Shown here piece by piece: positions 51,846 through 64,000 of a stretch of DNA of 64,000 nt. The position numbers and the translations under genes were made by a program. Location: NCBI GenBank assembly GCA_976551045.1, contig CDPCPM010000026.1, positions 14,136,001 through 14,200,000 of the forward strand. The letters are read 5' to 3'. The stretch comes from Glaucostegus cemiculus. Its lineage: Eukaryota. The notes under the pieces are model-generated. The model was not told the DNA's origin. It saw only the letters and a list, made by a program, of their open reading frames with translations, and ran no database searches. Each line of letters begins with the position of its first letter. The stretch's first letter is position 1.

Positions 51846-52205
51846 TGGGTAAGGATGGCAAACTTTCTGCTCTGAAAAGCATCACAAAACCAGATAGTTC
51901 TTTATGACAGACTCAAGAGACTGCAGGTGCTAGAAGATGAAGCAACACACAAAGTTCTAGAGGAACATCATTTATCCAGTCCAGATGAAGGGCCTCGACC
52001 CAGAATGTCAACTGACCATTTCCCTCCATTGATGCTGCCTGACCCATTGAGTTCCTCCAGGTCTTTATGACAATCCAGTTATTTCTAGCTTCTTTTTTAA
52101 GTGCCAGGTTTATTTAGTTATTTGAATCTGGATTCCTCAGGTGCCAGCTTGAGATTTGAACTGATGGCTCTACTTGCTAGACCTGCAGCTGAACCATGAC
52201 TGTAG
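51845..52205 (-). mobile_element. tRNA-derived SINE (Meta-domain-like core), host of a nested insert
   Basis: GGGTAAGGATGGCAAACTTTC...AACCAGATAGTTCTTTATGACAATCC core; reverse B-box GAGATTTGAACT. Family name is from recall. Confidence 0.5.
51910..52061 (+). mobile_element. 152-bp Penelope pLTR-derived insert with decayed hammerhead and perfect 11-bp TSD
   Basis: TCTTTATGACA at 51899-51909 and 52062-52072. CAGTC-CAGATGA-A-GGGCC-TC-GACCC-AGAAT-GTC-AACTG at 51977-52014. Confidence 0.85.
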
Positions 52206-54720
52206 CCCGCATGCTAACTTTCCATTTTATGTGTATGAACGCCAGTATCCCTCTGTATCATAACATCTGCCATCTCTCTCCATTTAAGCAATATTTGGCC
52301 TTTCTGTTCTTCCTACCAGAGGAATAACCTCACTATTACCCACATCTTATTCCTGCCAAATTTTGCCCAGCTGCTTAAACCTGTCTCTATAGTTTTGCAG
52401 ACTCTTTGCATCTTCTTGTTGTCAATGCAAAGATAAATGTTTTCTTGCCAGTCTTTGTATTGAAGACAAATTTGGCAAGAGCACACTCCCTCCCTCCAAT
52501 TAAGTCATTAATATAGATTTTAAGTATTTAAGGCTCCAGCACTGATTGTTGTGGCACTGAACTAGTTACAACTTACCAACTAAACTGATTCTCAGTTTAT
52601 CCAGACTGGCCTTTTTATTTCCTGCTTCCTGTCTCCCTACTTTCTTAAGTAAGGCTGTTACGTTTGTGAATTTCCAGTCTGCTGAGACCTTGCCAGAATC
52701 GAGGGCATTTTGGAAGATCACAGCCAATGCACTCTCAATTTCTGCAGTTTCACCTTTTATGATCCACAGTGCATACCATGTCACCCGTTAGTTTGTCTAC
52801 TATCTTATCTCCAGTGATTGTAATAGTTTGAAGTTCCCCTCTTCCTTTTTGATTCAGATAAAAGAACATAAGGAACAAGGAAAAGAGTAAGCCAACTGGC
52901 CCCTTGCGCCTGCTCTATCATTTTATAAGATCATGGCCAATGCAATCTTGATCTCATTGTGACTTTATTGCTTTTTCCCCATGACCCTTAACACAAAAGT
53001 CTTTGTCCTCCACCTTAAATATATTCAATGACTCCACCTCCATAGATCTCTTGGTAAAGAATTCTAAGATTCAAGACCCTCTGATCCTTCCCAAGTTTTG
53101 CTTGTTTATTCTTACACCCATCTTCTTCCTCTTTATAAGTTATATTCTACTATTTCATCCTTTGTAATGATGATGTATTGACTGTGGAGATCAACATAAA
53201 ATATTTACTCAATATCTCTACCATTTCCTGAGGATTAATGACTCTCCATCTTGATCTGAAATTATGACCCCGAATTCTAGACAGCCTCACTAGAGGAAAT
53301 ATCTTCTGAGCACCCAATCTGTCAATCACCCTCAGAATCTTATTTGTTTCAATAAGATCACATCTCATTTTTTCTCAACTTCAAAGAGCATAGGCTACAC
53401 CTGCTCATCCCTTTGTTCATACATCAAACCCTTCATCTCGGGGATCAACCTAGGGAACCTTCTCTGCCCTGTATACAGTGCAAGTATATTCTTCTAAATA
53501 TGGAGATCTTAACTGTATACTAGTGCAGTTCTACCAACATCCTGTACAATTCCATCAAAACTTCTCCATTTTTATACTCCATTCTCCTTGCATTCCATGA
53601 ACCTTCATAATTATTTGCTGTATCTGCATGCCAGCCCTTTGAGTTCATGGACCAGGACCTTCAGATCCCTTTATACCACCATGTTTTATAGTTATTTTAT
53701 AAATAATAATTTGCTTCTTCGTTCTTCTTTCTCAAGTAGATAACTTCATGTTTTTTCCCATTATACTTCATGTGCTAACTTCTTGCCTACTCACTTAATC
53801 TATCCCTATCCCTCTGGCTCATTGTGTGCTTTTTCCAACTTGTTAACTCACCTTTCTTTGTATCATTAGCAAATTTGGCTGCAGTACATGATATATTCAT
53901 CTGAGTTATTACTATAGATCTTAAATTGTTGAGGTTTCAACACTAATCCTTTGCCTCCGCAAAAGTTACTGATTGCCAAACCAAAAATGATCCACGTATC
54001 CTGATTCTCTCATTTCTGTTAGCCAGTCAATTCTATATCCATGCCAACTCCATACACTTATATTCTGTAATAATCTTTTGTATGGCCCCTTATTGAATGC
54101 CTTCTGGAACTTCAAGTACACAATTTATCATCCTATTTGTTTCATTCTCAAATGTTTTGCAAATTAGTCAGATCTTTCAAAGAGCTCTGCTTGATTGACT
54201 TATGATATTCTGAAATTCCTTCATTATAGATTTCATTTTTTTCCCCCAGAGACAAATTATTAGCCTATCTGACCGATAATTCATACTTCTTGTCTCCTTC
54301 CTGTCTTTGCATTTTTCAAACCCTCTGGGACCATTCCAGAATCCAGAAAAATTGATAAATTCAATGCATCCACTATCTCTGAAGCCACTTCCTTTAAGAC
54401 CATAAGATCCAGGGTATCAAATCCATGGAATTTGTCAGCCTTTAATCCCTTTAGTTTGCCTTGTACTTTTTCTCTAAAGATAGAGATTTAAAAGAAAGCC
54501 TCTCTTCTGATAACCCCATTTACTATTAATATCTTTGACTGAGAAGATCAATCCAAAATCTCTTCCATTTCTGACTTTCCCAGTATTGTTTTCCCAGTAT
54601 TGTCATCACAGAGATTACCATTTATCTTAGTTACTCTCTTCCTTCCTATAGAAGATCTGACTGTTTTAATATTTCTTCTTAGTTAGTCTCATAACCTCTT
54701 TTCTCCTTCATGATATAATT
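52205..54720 (-). mobile_element. Stack of decayed CR1 LINE fragments
   Basis: IFQNALDSGKVSADWKFTNVTALLKK and MRCDLIETNKILRVIDRL...RGHNF; internal reverse tail AAGAACATAAGG at ~52862. Confidence 0.85.
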
Positions 54721-56589
54721 TGATCATATAGAAGAACTGATGGAAGGTCACATTTCCTATATCCGTCCTTCTGACCTTTTGGAAGAAGTAATCTTTCAAA
54801 TGCATGTTTCTAATTTCAGTTCTTCTTGCATTTATTAGAGTCTATATTTCTTATCTTACCACCCTCTTACCATTAGAGTACTGAAAAAAGGGACTTACAC
54901 CTGGAATTTGCAGAGGAAAATTCATCTATAGCGTCTAGCTCAGACATTGGCTACTAGCTGTAATCACCATAGACATTTGGCTCCATTGCTTGGAGGTGTG
55001 TACATTTTTGGCTGCTAAGCATCGAACTTTAAGGACCAAAATTAGATTGCTTCCCAAGAACCCCTTAAGTCAAGGCAAACTAATGAAGGATAGGGGTGTG
55101 ATTTATGATGATTAAATATGGAAGTTGTCTACAGCATCAGTTTGCCCAACTGAGTAAGCCTGATCGGATCAGGGGACATTTTCTATTGGAACAGCTTTTG
55201 TTTAAGTACAGGTGTTATCTGATTTTTATGTCTAGCAGTCAGATTTAGAGGTCTAGAGAGTGTGCCCAAATGTTATTCAGTTCCAGTTTTGCAAAGACAT
55301 TGAGTGGATTTTGATATTCAAAATGGAGGAGGAAATGTACCAAGTCCACAATACACATTTCCTATCAAATGTCAATCCACTCCATAAGAAACACACATAT
55401 AGAGCAGAAAAGCCTATTGAAAGTATGTTACTATAGAGGGTTTTTTCATATATTGTCAAAAACCTTCATAATTTGCTTACCCGTGCAGGGCCCTTGAGTT
55501 ATGGGTCTTTCATATGTCTGAAGAGATCCCAGTTATCATTTGTTCTCAGTGAGTTACTCTATATTTATTACCTTCCAATACACAACACATCACCATCTGG
55601 TGCGTGTGCAAGTGAGGGAGGATAGAGATTAGATACAGAATGAATTTTTCATAATGGATTCTCAAGTTAAAAAGGTTTGGGCAGAAACATTATAATGCAG
55701 TGAATCATAGTTATTGTACATGTGATGGTCTCAAAAATAAACAACATCACATTCTGACTGATGCAGACAGTGAAAGAGAAACTGCAGTATGAGGCCATGA
55801 CTAGATGTGAGAATGTCCACAGGAAGATATGTGATTCTATTTATGTCAGCAGGTTTGCTGCTTTTTAAAACAAAATATGTTTGGCTTCTCTCTGATCTCT
55901 GGTATTTAAGTTGAAGTATTGTTGTGCTACTTAAACTGTGGGTAGTAGTGGTATTCTGAAAGTTGCTGTCAGTGGTAAAATAAAGCAGAGTAAATCACAA
56001 ACACCAGATCAAAACAGAAAAATAAATTTCAACCCTGCAATTGTAACTCAGGTATTCTTTATTCCCACTCAGGATAAATGGTGGAATTCTTCTGAGTCTC
56101 AAAATTATCTGGGAAGTTTTGGTGTGTTGTTAGGGTTGCTATTGTAGTGGGGGTCCATGAGCAGTGAGCAATCTATTGCATGATCACAGCCACGTTGCCC
56201 ATGATTTACCACACATTAACAACCATGGAGGAAAACAGATGGACAATATAGTACTGCTGCATCTTGGATCCCACCAGTACCCAATGCCCACAGAACATTT
56301 TATCTTCAACTCCACCAATCAAGTGTGCTAGGATTGGATCTGTTGGCGGTCCCATTACCAGAATTTTGGGCAGTTAATGGTGAGTTGAGTTATATGCTTG
56401 TGGAATCATGTATATCTTGCCTCATGATACTTCTGCTAAATCATATTGGATTCCTATAGCAATGATAGTGTAAGCACATTTTATATTTCTTAAATAGGGG
56501 CTTACTGAGCAATTAACAAGCATTTACTTTCCCCATGGTGGGTGAGGTTTTATGGCATGCAAAACTGAAGATGATGTAAATTTCTTCAC

Positions 56590-57262
56590 AAGGAACAATG
56601 ATTAGACATGGCAACATAGATAGATGGGCTGGTGAAGAAGGCATTTGGCATGCTTGCCTTTATCTGCCAGGGCAATGAATACAAGAGTAAGGACATCATG
56701 TTACAGTTGTACAAGATATTCACTAGGCTGCACTTGGAATAGTGTATGCAGTTCCGTTTGCCACACTGCAGTCCTGATGTGATCAGTCTACAGAGGGTGC
56801 AGAAAAGATTCACAATGATACTCCTTGGATTGTAGGCTTGGGTTATAAGGTGAGACTGGATAGGCTGGGTTTGTTTTCTCTGGAGCAAAGGTAGCTGAGA
56901 GGTGACATTGATAGAGGTATATAAAATTATGAGAGGCATAGATAATGTAGGTATCTAGAGCCTGTTTCCTATGGTAAGGGTATCTAAAACTAGAAGAGTT
57001 TAAGATGGGGGAGAGGTTTAAGAAAGTTCTGAGGGGGTAATTTTTTCTCATAAAATGTGGTTGGTGGCTAGAGTGAGCTACCAGAGAAGGTGATGGAGGC
57101 AGGAACAGTAATAACATTTAAGAGGCATGTGGATAGGTGGTTGAATGAGCAAGGCATAGAGAGCAATTAATTCAGACAAATGGAAGAAGTATAATAAGCT
57201 TGACAGTCAGCATAGATGTGGTGGGCTGAAGGGTCTGTTTCTATGCTGTACAACTCTACGAC
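56590..57262 (+). mobile_element. CR1/HER1 LINE 3' part
   Basis: VKKAFGMLAFICQGNEYKSKDIMLQLYK...; CTATGCTGTACAACTCTACGACT tail. Confidence 0.95.
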
Positions 57263-57788
57263 TGGAGAACTTTACAAAACACTGGTTAGGCCGCAGTTGG
57301 CATATTGTCTGCAGTTCTGGTTGGCACACTGGAAAAAAGATGTTGTTGCGCTGAAGAGAGTGCAGGGGAGATTCACCAGGAGGTTGCCTGGATTGGAGGA
57401 CTTTGGTTATGGGGTGAGATTGGATAGGCTGGGCTTGTTTTCCCTGGAGCTAAGGATGATGATAAGTGACCTGATAGAGGTGCAAGTTATCAAAAACAAG
57501 AGGGCATAGGTTTAAGGTAAGAGCATAGAGGTTTAAAGGGGATTTGGGGGAAAAGTTCTTTATACAGAGAGTGAATGATATTTGGAACTCATTGTTAGAG
57601 GAGGTGGTGGAGTTAGAAACAATTATTGTGTTCAACAGACATTTAGACAGACACTTAAATAGGCAAGGAATAGAAGGATATGGACTTCATCCAGTCAAAT
57701 AAGACTAGTGAAGCCAGGCAAAAATGTTGGCATGGACTTGGTGGGCTGAAGGGCCCATTTCTGTACCATAAAGATCTATGACTCTATG
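57263..57788 (+). mobile_element. Second CR1/HER1 3' part, head-to-tail with the previous copy
   Basis: LYKTLVRPQLAYCLQFWLAHWKKDVVALKRVQGRFTRRLPGL; GATCTATGACTCTATG tail. Confidence 0.95.
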
Positions 57789-60700
57789 TCATTAACATAT
57801 TTAATTAAAAGTAATGGACCTTTTCAAATGGCTGTTTGTTTGGAAATGAGAATTCTGTCTGTACAGGAAGTGTATTGGTCTGGCCCCAGTTTACAGAGAC
57901 TAAAGGAATACGATATTCCATTTATTAATAAGACAAAAATGAAAGTTTATCTGAGCAACTTGGAGCCAACCGGGTACAGAATTTTGTTCATTTGAAAGTA
58001 AATGTGTGCTTGCAAGTTGACGTATTCAGTGTGTGTCACCCAAAATGATTCCTTTTCATACTTTGGAAATGATACATGGAGTAGCATGGATACTTAGATA
58101 AAAGGAATCCATTCAGAATCCTCTAAGCAGGCAAAATGACATGCTTTATATTAAAATCATTTTTGCAGAGCAGGCACCATTTAATCCATGACTGTCTGAT
58201 GGACTTCTCAGTCATTTAACAAGCTTTTTGATTGTGTCTTTCAAGGCCATCCTGGAAACAGAATGAATATATAGTTCTTCTGTTAGAATTCTTAAGCAAT
58301 AACTTTGCCTGAGTATGGGAAGCAATGATCTCTGAGAACCAACAATGTTTGTAATGGGGTCTGCAGTAATTAAGTGCTCAAAAATATAGTTTATCGCTAT
58401 TATATTGTATACACACACTGATAATAAAAGAATTTCAGGCGGCTTTATCTCTAATGCAATTTTAGTAAGATATGGTGATTGCTGTTTACCAATGAAGAAA
58501 AATCAATAGATTGTGTTTTTGCAGTGCAGTGATTAGGAGATGCCTACTCTTCCCACTTAACGACATCATACGTGAGATCAGAAAAGTCAAGAGAAAGAGA
58601 GCTACCATTTCACAGTGTCAATGGCTGTGACTAAGTTCTCTAATAAAATGAAAATGACATTTCTCGCAAGATGTTTGTTCGACTGGTGCAGTAAGGTGAC
58701 CAGCCAGATCTGGCTCAATAAGAAATAATAACTGTGTCAAAGAATGACTGAATTCAAGGTTGTTAATTGCTAGGGGATGTTTATCATGACCAACATTCAA
58801 ATATCACACCCAAACTCCAGAGGGACAAAAAGCAATACTCCAATTTGCAAGACATTACCATGGAAATATTTGCATTTTAAAACATTTTTTTGCAATTACA
58901 GTAACATTGAATTTAAACACTGCTAAACATGTGGGGAGGCTGGCCTGTAATTATTGCTTGTTTGCAATTACTATAATCTACAATTTGTCTGAGTGCATTC
59001 AAAATATAAGATAAAATGGAGAATCTGTTTTGAAGTCATTTAATTACAGTAGCTTTCACTTTTACAAATGCACTAATACAGAAGCCAAACAGTTAAAAAA
59101 TTTTCATCACTAATAATCAAACCTTTCAATAGTTAAGTGCTAAATATAATCACTTTGTGACAATATATTCCATGAACATAAAGTCTTTTTGAATTATTTT
59201 CTTCCATATTCTGGGATCAGAATTCCACCTCCTTTTCAAACTATGGTCAAAAGTCATTTGTTTTCTCAACAAATTTAGCATTTGAAATGAATATCTGTGG
59301 TTTTCTTTACACCCAAATGTGTAGGGCTACTGATTTACAAAAAAAATGGCTGATGATGTCAATATTGTTGACTGTACAGCTGGCACAATAAGCTTAGCTA
59401 CTATGTGACATTGTCTCTTGAGATGTAGGAGGATGTCATTTCTGTCTAAATAGAACGATAATACATTTGCAATCCCTGTCTGTGACACTTTACTGTCATG
59501 TGGCTTTGTCACTGGACAACAGTGGTTGTCATTTTTTCTGTAAAGCCCAACATGAAATGTGCATCTCTAAAACATCTTATAAGTGAAATGTCATGTCAGA
59601 ACCTATATCAGGGGGCTATTAAATCAGGATACTCCATCTAGATAAAAACATTACCCAAAAAACATGTTCTGCTGACTGATCTCCATACATAACATGACCC
59701 AGTCGTTTAGCTTTTAGATAGAGCTTATACTATAATGTCAACCATTGTGAGTAACAATACCTTGTTTATTTGAAGCCTGGCAATTTCAGTAAAAAACATA
59801 GAGCTTGAGATATGGGCAAATAGTTTTCATCTGAAAAACATCATAAACAGCCTTGGCTTGACCTTGTTAATGCTACAGTGCTTTAGTAATTTATGTCTAA
59901 TGATTTTTTACATTAAACCACAGCTTGTTTTGGGCCCTTGTGTGTCACAGTAATTTAAGAACCAGTCATTTTGCACATTCCGATCCCATTATGTTACATT
60001 GTTACTGAATAAAGGCTGGTATTATGTTCCTTCTATAAAGGGCAGAAGTGGCCTGAATTTTATCTGCTGAACGAATCAATCTGGATTATGTCAGCTGAAA
60101 AGAATTGCGAACTGTGGTTGCGAGCAGATGGGGCTATTTTAAATGTATCTTTTGGTTCAGAATTCATCAGCTGAGATAATACCTTATGGTGATTGAAATG
60201 TATTTTTGTTTTTTTTACAGCTTGTAGCAATTATCATTTCAGCAGCAAGTATTATGAGATCAAATAGAAATCGAATGCCATTTCCGAATGTTAATACTGC
60301 GTTATATTTAAGCTGTCAAGACAGGGTATACAGGCTGTGGGAAAGGACTGGAAAAATAATGAGTGAAGGCTTTTAAAGGAGACATTGAGCTGTGTCTGGC
60401 AGAGGTTTTCTACTCATTAGCAGCCCAGCAAGAATGATGGGAGAATCCCTGCAGAACAAAGGGCTAGGACCAGGTGATTATCTCAAGTGTGATAAAGAAA
60501 TTGAATAGGATGTATTCATTCAAACCCAAAAAAACTTTCTGGATAACTTGAACATTCAGCCATTAGAATTAACAGCAGCTTTAGCAGCACACAATGGTAT
60601 GAGTTCAGCACCCAGTAAAGATCCATCTTTGATCTGCCTGCTTTTTCTGGGTGCTTTGTGAATTTGGGTGGTTTACTCCATGAAACACAGTGCAGCAGCA

Positions 60701-62284
60701 GATCATTTTGGGGGCAATCCACTCACATGATGAGATACAACATCATTTTAAAACCTTTCCAGTATCGGGTGGGAGACTGATAATGAAACAAGATCTAATT
60801 CCAGCACACTGCCCTGTCTCATCCCAGATCAATCTCAAATGGTAGGTAAAGTTCAAATTGCCTCAATTGTTTCTGAGATAGGAAAACAATAATCCATACA
60901 AAGCTCACTCTTGGCAAAGTGTAGCTCCTGTTAGACAATCAGGACAAGCATGGGGAGGACTTCAGTTCAGACTGTTTCTCCTCCAGGCTGTGCTGATAGA
61001 AGACCCAAAAATGGAAAGAGTGGAGATAAATATTCGTAACTGTATGTAAACTTCTTTAAATTCCATTTAAAACCCAAGAGAGAAACTGTTAGGGCATCTC
61101 AATAGTTCTATTCCTGCATGTAGCATAAATTATGAATACACCACTTGTAAGTATGTATGCACTGCATAGTGATGGGATAAATCAAGGATTTAATAATGTA
61201 TGTACTCTTCAATGAGATTTCTTTAAACTGAAGTATGTTCTGGGGAACAGAGCTTAAATAGGAAAACTCAGCTTTGGTTTTATTCATTAAGAAAATACCC
61301 ATTTCTTTAATAAATCTTGCAGTTACCAGTTTAGTCACAGCAAATGATTCTGCATTCATTCACTGGCCTGCTTATTTAAGAATTTTCACACAGAATGATG
61401 TAACATCTGTCAGAGTGTACAGGTAAGTAGGGATCCACAATGGCCCTGAGGCTAATACCAATTCTTACTTCTATACTTTGGGCTCCTTTTCTGTTTACCA
61501 CGCGAGTTAATATGAAATGTTCTTTTTAAAAGAAAGCTGGAGAATAAACTATAGTGAATACCATTTTAGATCAGCAAATGCTTATTACTGTTGGTTATAT
61601 TACATTTTCCTTTTAAATATAAGCATTTTATTGTAACATATAGAAAAAAACTAATACTTCTGCTGATGAAATACACTCATAACCAGATGAGCTTTCCCAA
61701 ATAATTTTTCCCAAATAAAAGTTTATAAAGTGGCCTCTTCTTTCAGGAAGTATTCAGTATTTTTTTCTCAACAATATGACTGATGAATTAGCATTTCAAA
61801 TTTCTTTCAATAAAAATACTTGAAATTCCACTCTGTAAATGTCACATGACAAGTAAAAGGCCAAGTACCATCAGAATGAAGCAAGTCACTTTCTTTTCAT
61901 AGTGCTAGTATTTCAAATCCATCGTAGGATGCGCACAAACTAGCTAGCATCTGTGTTTTCCATACTCACAGTAAATAGTGGCTCTGCTTCATGAAATCTA
62001 AGAAAACATTCTTCCATGAATACTGTGCCTTAAAATAAGGATATCGGACAATGCCATGTCTCTGTGATTCGGCTCCATGCTAGTTATTGCTTTTGTGCCT
62101 TAATTAAAATAAACTGACACTTCAGTTATCTTTCAGTTTTGACACAATTTATAATAATTGTCTTAAATTTTCAAGCAAATGAATGTAGACAAGTAGAATG
62201 TTCACAGTTGTGGACCATTCTCTGGAAATGATCACTTCTTCACGTCCAGACCAAATGCTAATGATAATAATGATGTTAATATGG

Positions 62285-62640
62285 GCAGTTTAAATGGCAC
62301 AGCCAGCAGAGCTGCCATCTGACGGTACCAGAGATCCAGGTTCAATCCCGGCCTTGGTTGCTGTGGTTTTGGAACTTGCATGTTCTCCCGGTGACCATGG
62401 GTTCCCTCTGGGTACTTCATATTCCTCCCACATCTCAAAGATGCACAGGTTGGTAAGCTAATTGGCCACTGTAAATTGTCCCCAGTGTGTAGCTGAGTGG
62501 TAGAATTTGGGGGGAGTTGATAAAAATGCAGGAAGAATAAAAAAATGGGATTTAATGTAGGATTGATATAAATGGGTGGTTTGAGGCCAATGCAGACCTG
62601 GTGGGTTGAAGGGCCTGTTTCTGTGCTGTGTTTAATAAAT
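62285..62640 (+). mobile_element. HE1-type V-SINE
   Basis: AGGTTCAATCCC B-box, TTGCATGTTCTCCCGGTGACCATGGGTTCCCTCTGGG V-domain and GAAGGGCCTGTTTCTGTGCTGT CR1-type tail. Confidence 0.9.
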
Positions 62641-64000
62641 TTATAAGGATAAGTCATTGGAGAATGGGAGTCAGACTACAAGCACCTGGTATTATTTGTG
62701 TCTCCAGTTGTGCATTATGTCATTTACTTTAAATAGTTAGCTGCTGTTACCTGCTGCTGTTATATAGTTTTTGTTAGATTCTGTATAGAAGAAGAACTTA
62801 GTTGAACAATAGACATTCAGAAAACATTTCATCAGCAGAATGAATGTACTTAAAAGTTTTTATTATGTATTGGTAAGACACCTAGTGGTCACACTGTGCA
62901 GCATAATTTGAATATTGAATTGCACGGTTCTGAAAAGTTATTCAGGAAGTACTCAATGAGAAAAAAGGTGTATTTTAATACAGTCTATTGCAAACCTCCA
63001 TACTGTAAGTATTATCCTGAATATTCTATCCCTGTTGCTAATGTTCTATACCATATATTCAGAACATCCCACAGATGATGTGTTTCCAGTTTACTAACTG
63101 TAAAAATGCACATATATTAAATAATGCTTATAAATTTCAGATTTAAAACTTTGGACTTGTAGAGGTAGAAAAGGTACAAGTCACTATTTTTTAAATTTAA
63201 GCCATTAATAGGTAGCAGCCAATTAAACTGCATTGTGCAATTTCTCAGCAGAATGGATTATAAAATAACAAAATTACACAAATAAGAGCAATAATAATTT
63301 TAAAATAGTGAAATTGTCACAGATTCTGCTTTCTTTAATTTAATCTCCACTTTCTATGTTTCATAGTTATGTAACATGATAAGTAATGTGCAATTGAATA
63401 CATGACTAATTATCAGTTGCAAAATACGTCTCTTACAGAAAATAAAAATATCTCATTACCAAAAGTTCTAATCAACTTTCAGGATTATCATAAACACATA
63501 GCATGTGATTCTTCACTTCTACAAATATGGAGTTCATGGTGAGTTCTGGAGCTGTAAACCACAGCTCAGTGTCACACTAATTTACCAGGTTACATTCCTC
63601 CATCTGTGGAGCTCACATTTGTTTATTTTTTGTACTTATTACAAATACTTCCAGCCACATTGCCGTCCTTTTATTAGAAATTATGTCATCTTCTTGGATT
63701 CTTAGCAACTATCTGTAAATGTGTTTGGTATGATGAAGTCATCAAACATTGATAAGACTGTTCAATTCTGATCTGTATGTTGAACTAATTTTAAAGAATG
63801 TTTCCAAATGAAAGTAATTGGCTTGAATGCAGAGTGCAAAAGGTTGCAATGACATGGTATAACCTGATCTTTCTCCTGGAGTAGGTAAGGTAGACTGTTT
63901 TTTTGATAAATAATTCCAACTCCTTCAAGAGACCTTCAATAACAAACCACACACCATTTATTTCTGACTTAGGTTATAATTTCCTTGTGGCAATTTACAT

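Noticed and set aside
61394-61422. 29-nt microexon (CAG acceptor, CAG|GTAAGT donor)
   Set aside because: No partner exons or coding signal; such matches are expected by chance, although a lncRNA exon cannot be excluded.

Overview
Vertebrate genomic DNA, most likely from a cartilaginous fish (shark or ray). The repeat content supports this: HER1/CR1 LINEs, HE1-type V-SINEs, Deu-domain SINEs, Penelope-like elements, an RTE LINE and Harbinger transposon remnants. The only host coding sequence I can support is a 105-nt C2H2 zinc-finger exon at 4124-4228 (+), resembling the last finger exon of ZNF516. It is followed by a probable long 3' UTR ending near AATAAA at 12988-12993. The remaining ~50 kb is gene-desert-like: decayed transposons alternate with repeat-free, homeobox-motif-rich blocks that may be conserved enhancers. 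Nearly all ORFs in the supplied track are TE fragments or noise. The most notable structures are: (1) short Penelope-derived inserts flanked by target-site duplications, each carrying a decayed minimal hammerhead ribozyme; (2) a young 79-bp, 95% identical inverted repeat that brackets ~1 kb, contains a G-quadruplex and abuts a 15-bp minisatellite; (3) a perfect 21-bp-arm palindrome and other hairpins around the zinc-finger exon; (4) about five two-gene Harbinger fossils. TE boundaries were read by eye and are approximate. There is an assembly gap at 14925-15056.
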